Shown here one piece after another: positions 60,606 through 64,000 of a DNA stretch of 64,000 nucleotides. A program made the position numbers and the translations under genes. The stretch is from Escherichia coli (lineage in GTDB: Bacteria; Pseudomonadota; Gammaproteobacteria; Enterobacterales; Enterobacteriaceae): the NCBI RefSeq assembly GCF_016026235.1, contig NZ_CP065613.1; one strand, given 5' to 3'. The number at the start of each line of letters is the position of its first letter. The first letter of the stretch is position 1. The notes beneath the pieces are model-generated. The model had not been told where the DNA came from and ran no database searches. It saw only the letters and a program-made list of their open reading frames with translations.

Positions 60606-61927
60606 TGCTTTCTCGCAGCAGCCATCAACGCTTCGATTTCTTCCGGCTTTTTCACCACGCTGGCGGTGAGGTTTTCGTTACCGGTTTCGGTAATCACAAT
60701 GTCGTCTTCAATACGAATGCCGATACCGCGATATTGTTCTGGCACATCCGCATCCGGCGCGATATACAGACCAGGCTCTACGGTCAGTACCATCCCCGGT
60801 TCCAGAATGCGCGAGCGATCCTGACCATAAACGCCAACGTCATGGACATCCAGTCCTAACCAGTGGCTAAGGCCATGCATAAAGAAAGGACGATGGGCGT
60901 TCTGAGCGATCAGTTCATCAACATCACCTTTCAGGATGCCGAGTTTTACCAGGCCGCTAACCATGATGCGCACCACTTCACCAGTGACTTCCAGAATGGA
61001 AGTTCCCGGACGATACAGGCGCAGGCTGGTTTCGAGAGACTCCAGCACAATGTCGTAGATTTCACGCTGGGCCTGGGTGAATTTGCCGTTGACCGGGAAG
61101 GTGCGGGTAATATCGCCCGCGTAACCTTTGTATTCACAACCCGCGTCAATCAACACCAGGTCACCGTCGCGCAGTTCACTCTCGTTTTCGGTGTAGTGCA
61201 GAATGCAGCCGTTTTCACCGCTGCCGACAATGGTGTTATAGGACGGATAGCGCGCACCGTGGCGGTTAAATTCGTGGTGAATTTCGCCTTCCAGATGGTA
61301 CTCGAACATTCCCGGACGGCATTTTTCCATCGCCCGTGTATGTGCCATGGCGGTGATTTCTCCCGCGCGGCGGAGTACGGCAATCTCTTCTGGCGATTTG
61401 AACAGGCGCATTTCATGAACAACAGGACGCCAGTCGATCATCGTTGCCGGTGCGGTGAGATTTTGCCGCGAACCTTTACGCAGTTTTTCCAGCGCACTGT
61501 TCACGATTTCATCAGCATATGCATATTCGCCCTGGGCATGGTAAACCACATCCAGGCCGTTAAGTAGTTGATAAAGTTGCTGATTGATTTCGCTGAATGC
61601 CAGTGCGCGGTCAACGCCCAGTTTCTCTGGCGCGGCATCCTGGCCTAAGCGACGGCCAAACCAGATCTCCGCCGTCAGGTCGCGAACGCGGTTAAACAGA
61701 ACGCTGTGGTTATGAGTGTCATCGCTTTTAATCAGCACCAGCACCGCTTCCGGTTCGTTAAAGCCGGTGAAGTACCAGAAGTCACTGTTCTGACGATAGG
61801 GGTATTCGCTGTCGGCGCTACGTGTTACTTCTGGTGCAGCAAAAATCAGCGCGGCGCTGCCGGGTTGCATTTGCTCCACCAAGGCCTGACGGCGACGCTG
61901 AAACTCTTGCCGAGATATCTCACTCAT
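60602..61927 (-). CDS. pepP: Xaa-Pro aminopeptidase PepP
   Basis: 441 aa from MSEISRQEFQRRRQALVEQMQPGSAALIFAAPE...; the 512-aa ORF is an upstream in-frame extension. Confidence 0.94.
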   Translation of the reverse strand: MSEISRQEFQRRRQALVEQMQPGSAALIFAAPEVTRSADSEYPYRQNSDFWYFTGFNEPEAVLVLIKSDDTHNHSVLFNRVRDLTAEIWFGRRLGQDAAPEKLGVDRALAFSEINQQLYQLLNGLDVVYHAQGEYAYADEIVNSALEKLRKGSRQNLTAPATMIDWRPVVHEMRLFKSPEEIAVLRRAGEITAMAHTRAMEKCRPGMFEYHLEGEIHHEFNRHGARYPSYNTIVGSGENGCILHYTENESELRDGDLVLIDAGCEYKGYAGDITRTFPVNGKFTQAQREIYDIVLESLETSLRLYRPGTSILEVTGEVVRIMVSGLVKLGILKGDVDELIAQNAHRPFFMHGLSHWLGLDVHDVGVYGQDRSRILEPGMVLTVEPGLYIAPDADVPEQYRGIGIRIEDDIVITETGNENLTASVVKKPEEIEALMAAARKQ

Positions 61928-61952
61928 AACACTCTCCTTACGTTTTTTGTTT

Positions 61953-62531
61953 TTAGTGTAGAGTCGGTTTTTGTACTTCTGGCGCGGTCGGTTGCGGATG
62001 AGTAAAGGTGTCGTGGCATAACAGCGCGGCAACACGAACGTATTCGATGATCTCTTCAAGCGACATTTCAAGCTCTTCCTGATCTTCGTCTTCGTCGTAA
62101 CCCAGTTGCGCAATGTTACGCAGATCGTCGATAGCTTCACCGGTTTCGCCGGTCACTTTATCCAGCTTCGGTTGCGTAACGCCAAGACCAAGCAGGAAGT
62201 GATTGACCCAACCTGCCAATGCATCAGCCCGATCGAAAACGCTGACATCATCGCCATCAGGCAGATAAAGCTGAAAAAGGAAGCCGTCATCCTGCAGGGC
62301 ATCGCTGGTGGCAGAGTGCATTTTACGCAGTGCCTGTGCCAGCTCATGACCGAAAGCCATGCCTTCGTTCGTCAGGTCGTGAAGTAGCGGTAGCCATGAG
62401 CTGTCATCGTTACCGCCACATATCATCCCACTGATTAAACCATGCATCTCAGCAGGGGTCAGACCCGTCCCTTGTTGGTTCAGATACTGGTTCATTTCGT
62501 TGTAACCAGGCATTTCGTTCTGTATAGACAT
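61953..62531 (-). CDS. ygfB: UPF0149 family protein YgfB
   Basis: 192 aa from [40 protein letters not shown]... Confidence 0.88.
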
Positions 62532-62632
62532 AAGCATTCGTCGTCAAAGGGAGGAATATTCATGATATGCTACCACTTTGGGCCCTGGTGGACCAGAAAA
62601 GGGCTTGTCTCTTCTCATCAGGGTAGCTATAG

Positions 62633-63028
<396 letters not shown>

Positions 63029-63069
63029 CACTTTTCGGTTTACTGTGGTAGAGTAACCGTGAAGACAAA

Positions 63070-63255
63070 ATTTCTCTGAGATGTTCGCAAGCGGGCCAGT
63101 CCCCTGAGCCGATATTTCATACCACAAGAATGTGGCGCTCCGCGGTTGGTGAGCATGCTCGGTCCGTCCGAGAAGCCTTAAAACTGCGACGACACATTCA
63201 CCTTGAACCAAGGGTTCAAGGGTTACAGCCTGCGGCGGCATCTCGGAGATTCCCT
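63070..63255 (+). ncRNA. ssrS: 6S RNA (RNA polymerase sigma70-holoenzyme regulator)
   Basis: ATTTCTCTGAGATGTTCGCAAGCGGGCCAGTCCCCTGAGCCGATATTTCATACCACAAGAATGTGGCGCTCCGCGGTTGGTGAGCATGCTCGG... matches E. coli 6S RNA from memory; directly downstream of zapA, upstream of fau. Confidence 0.92.
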
Positions 63256-63327
63256 TCTTATCTGGCACCAGCCATGACGCAACTACCAGAACTCCCACTG
63301 ACATTATCCCGACAAGAAATCCGCAAA

Positions 63328-63876
63328 ATGATTCGGCAACGTCGTCGTGCGTTAACGCCGGAACAACAGCAGGAAATGGGTCAACAAGCCGCTACCCGGA
63401 TGATGACTTATCCCCCGGTGGTGATGGCGCATACGGTCGCTGTATTCCTCTCTTTTGATGGTGAACTCGACACCCAGCCGCTAATAGAACAACTCTGGCG
63501 CGCCGGTAAGCGCGTATATCTTCCAGTTTTGCATCCCTTTAGTGCCGGTAATTTGCTGTTCCTGAATTACCATCCGCAAAGCGAACTGGTGATGAACAGG
63601 TTGAAGATCCATGAGCCAAAACTGGATGTGCGTGACGTGCTACCCCTTTCCCGATTAGACGTGCTGATCACACCGCTGGTCGCCTTTGATGAGTACGGTC
63701 AGCGCCTGGGAATGGGCGGTGGTTTTTATGATCGGACCTTACAAAACTGGCAGCACTATAAAACGCAACCGGTGGGTTATGCGCATGATTGTCAGTTGGT
63801 GGAAAAACTCCCCGTTGAAGAGTGGGATATCCCTCTTCCTGCGGTGGTTACACCGTCGAAAGTCTGGGAGTGGTAA
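63328..63876 (+). CDS. fau: 5-formyltetrahydrofolate cyclo-ligase (YgfA)
   Basis: 182 aa from MIRQRRRALTPEQQQEMGQQAATRMMTYPPVVMAHTVAVFLSFDGELDTQPL...; co-transcribed with ssrS in E. coli. Confidence 0.88.
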   Translation: MIRQRRRALTPEQQQEMGQQAATRMMTYPPVVMAHTVAVFLSFDGELDTQPLIEQLWRAGKRVYLPVLHPFSAGNLLFLNYHPQSELVMNRLKIHEPKLDVRDVLPLSRLDVLITPLVAFDEYGQRLGMGGGFYDRTLQNWQHYKTQPVGYAHDCQLVEKLPVEEWDIPLPAVVTPSKVWEW

Positions 63877-64000
63877 GGGCGATACACCTGCATCGCGCTG
63901 ATTGACATCGTTGATTCTTTAACCTAATTTAGTGAGTAAGGGTAAGGGAGGATTGCTCCTCCCCTGTGACTGACTGTTAATAAGCTGGGAAACTTATGAG

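Noticed and set aside
60602-62140. 512-aa pepP ORF and 418-aa gcvT ORF (56661-57917) as the true gene lengths
   Set aside because: Both are in-frame upstream extensions from non-canonical starts; the conserved proteins begin at internal ATGs (pepP 441 aa, gcvT 364 aa).
63945-63963. Hairpin GGGAGGATTGCTCCTCCCC near the window end as a terminator
   Set aside because: Stem is clear but the window ends before the flanking context can be judged, and no T-run follows.

Overview
This window reads as an Escherichia coli / Shigella-type chromosomal segment, mostly well-known core genes, with an IS-rich, rearranged accessory stretch at about 19.5-41.8 kb. All identifications come from reading the ORF translations and nucleotide motifs against remembered E. 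coli K-12 proteins and gene order; no database search was run. Core genes in order: queF (partial), syd, csrB sRNA, yqcC, truC, yqcA, gudP-gudX-gudD, barA, rlmD, relA, mazE-mazF-mazG, pyrG-eno, then queE, ygcE, ygcW, queD, cysJ-cysI-cysH, and after a junction lysS, prfB, recJ, dsbC, xerD, fldB, cptA-sdhE, ygfZ, yqfA, yqfB, bglA, gcvP-gcvH-gcvT, ubiI-ubiH-pepP, ygfB, zapA, ssrS (6S RNA) and fau. The strongest candidate for an understudied system is a divergent LemA + three tandem TPM-domain gene cluster between eno and queE, with the last copy decayed; I cannot confirm it is undescribed. Other notable features: an orphan type I-E CRISPR array (4 spacers, no cas genes in the window) with an IS10-like element in its terminal repeat, plus a degenerate second array remnant; three copies of the same IS10-like element in different states of decay; an IS1 splitting yqcE; a Hok-like type I toxin ORF after cysH; and an IS4-bounded junction joining the cysH side to the lysS side, which from K-12 gene order implies a roughly 150 kb inversion or an assembly join. 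gudX carries an apparent 1-bp frameshift.
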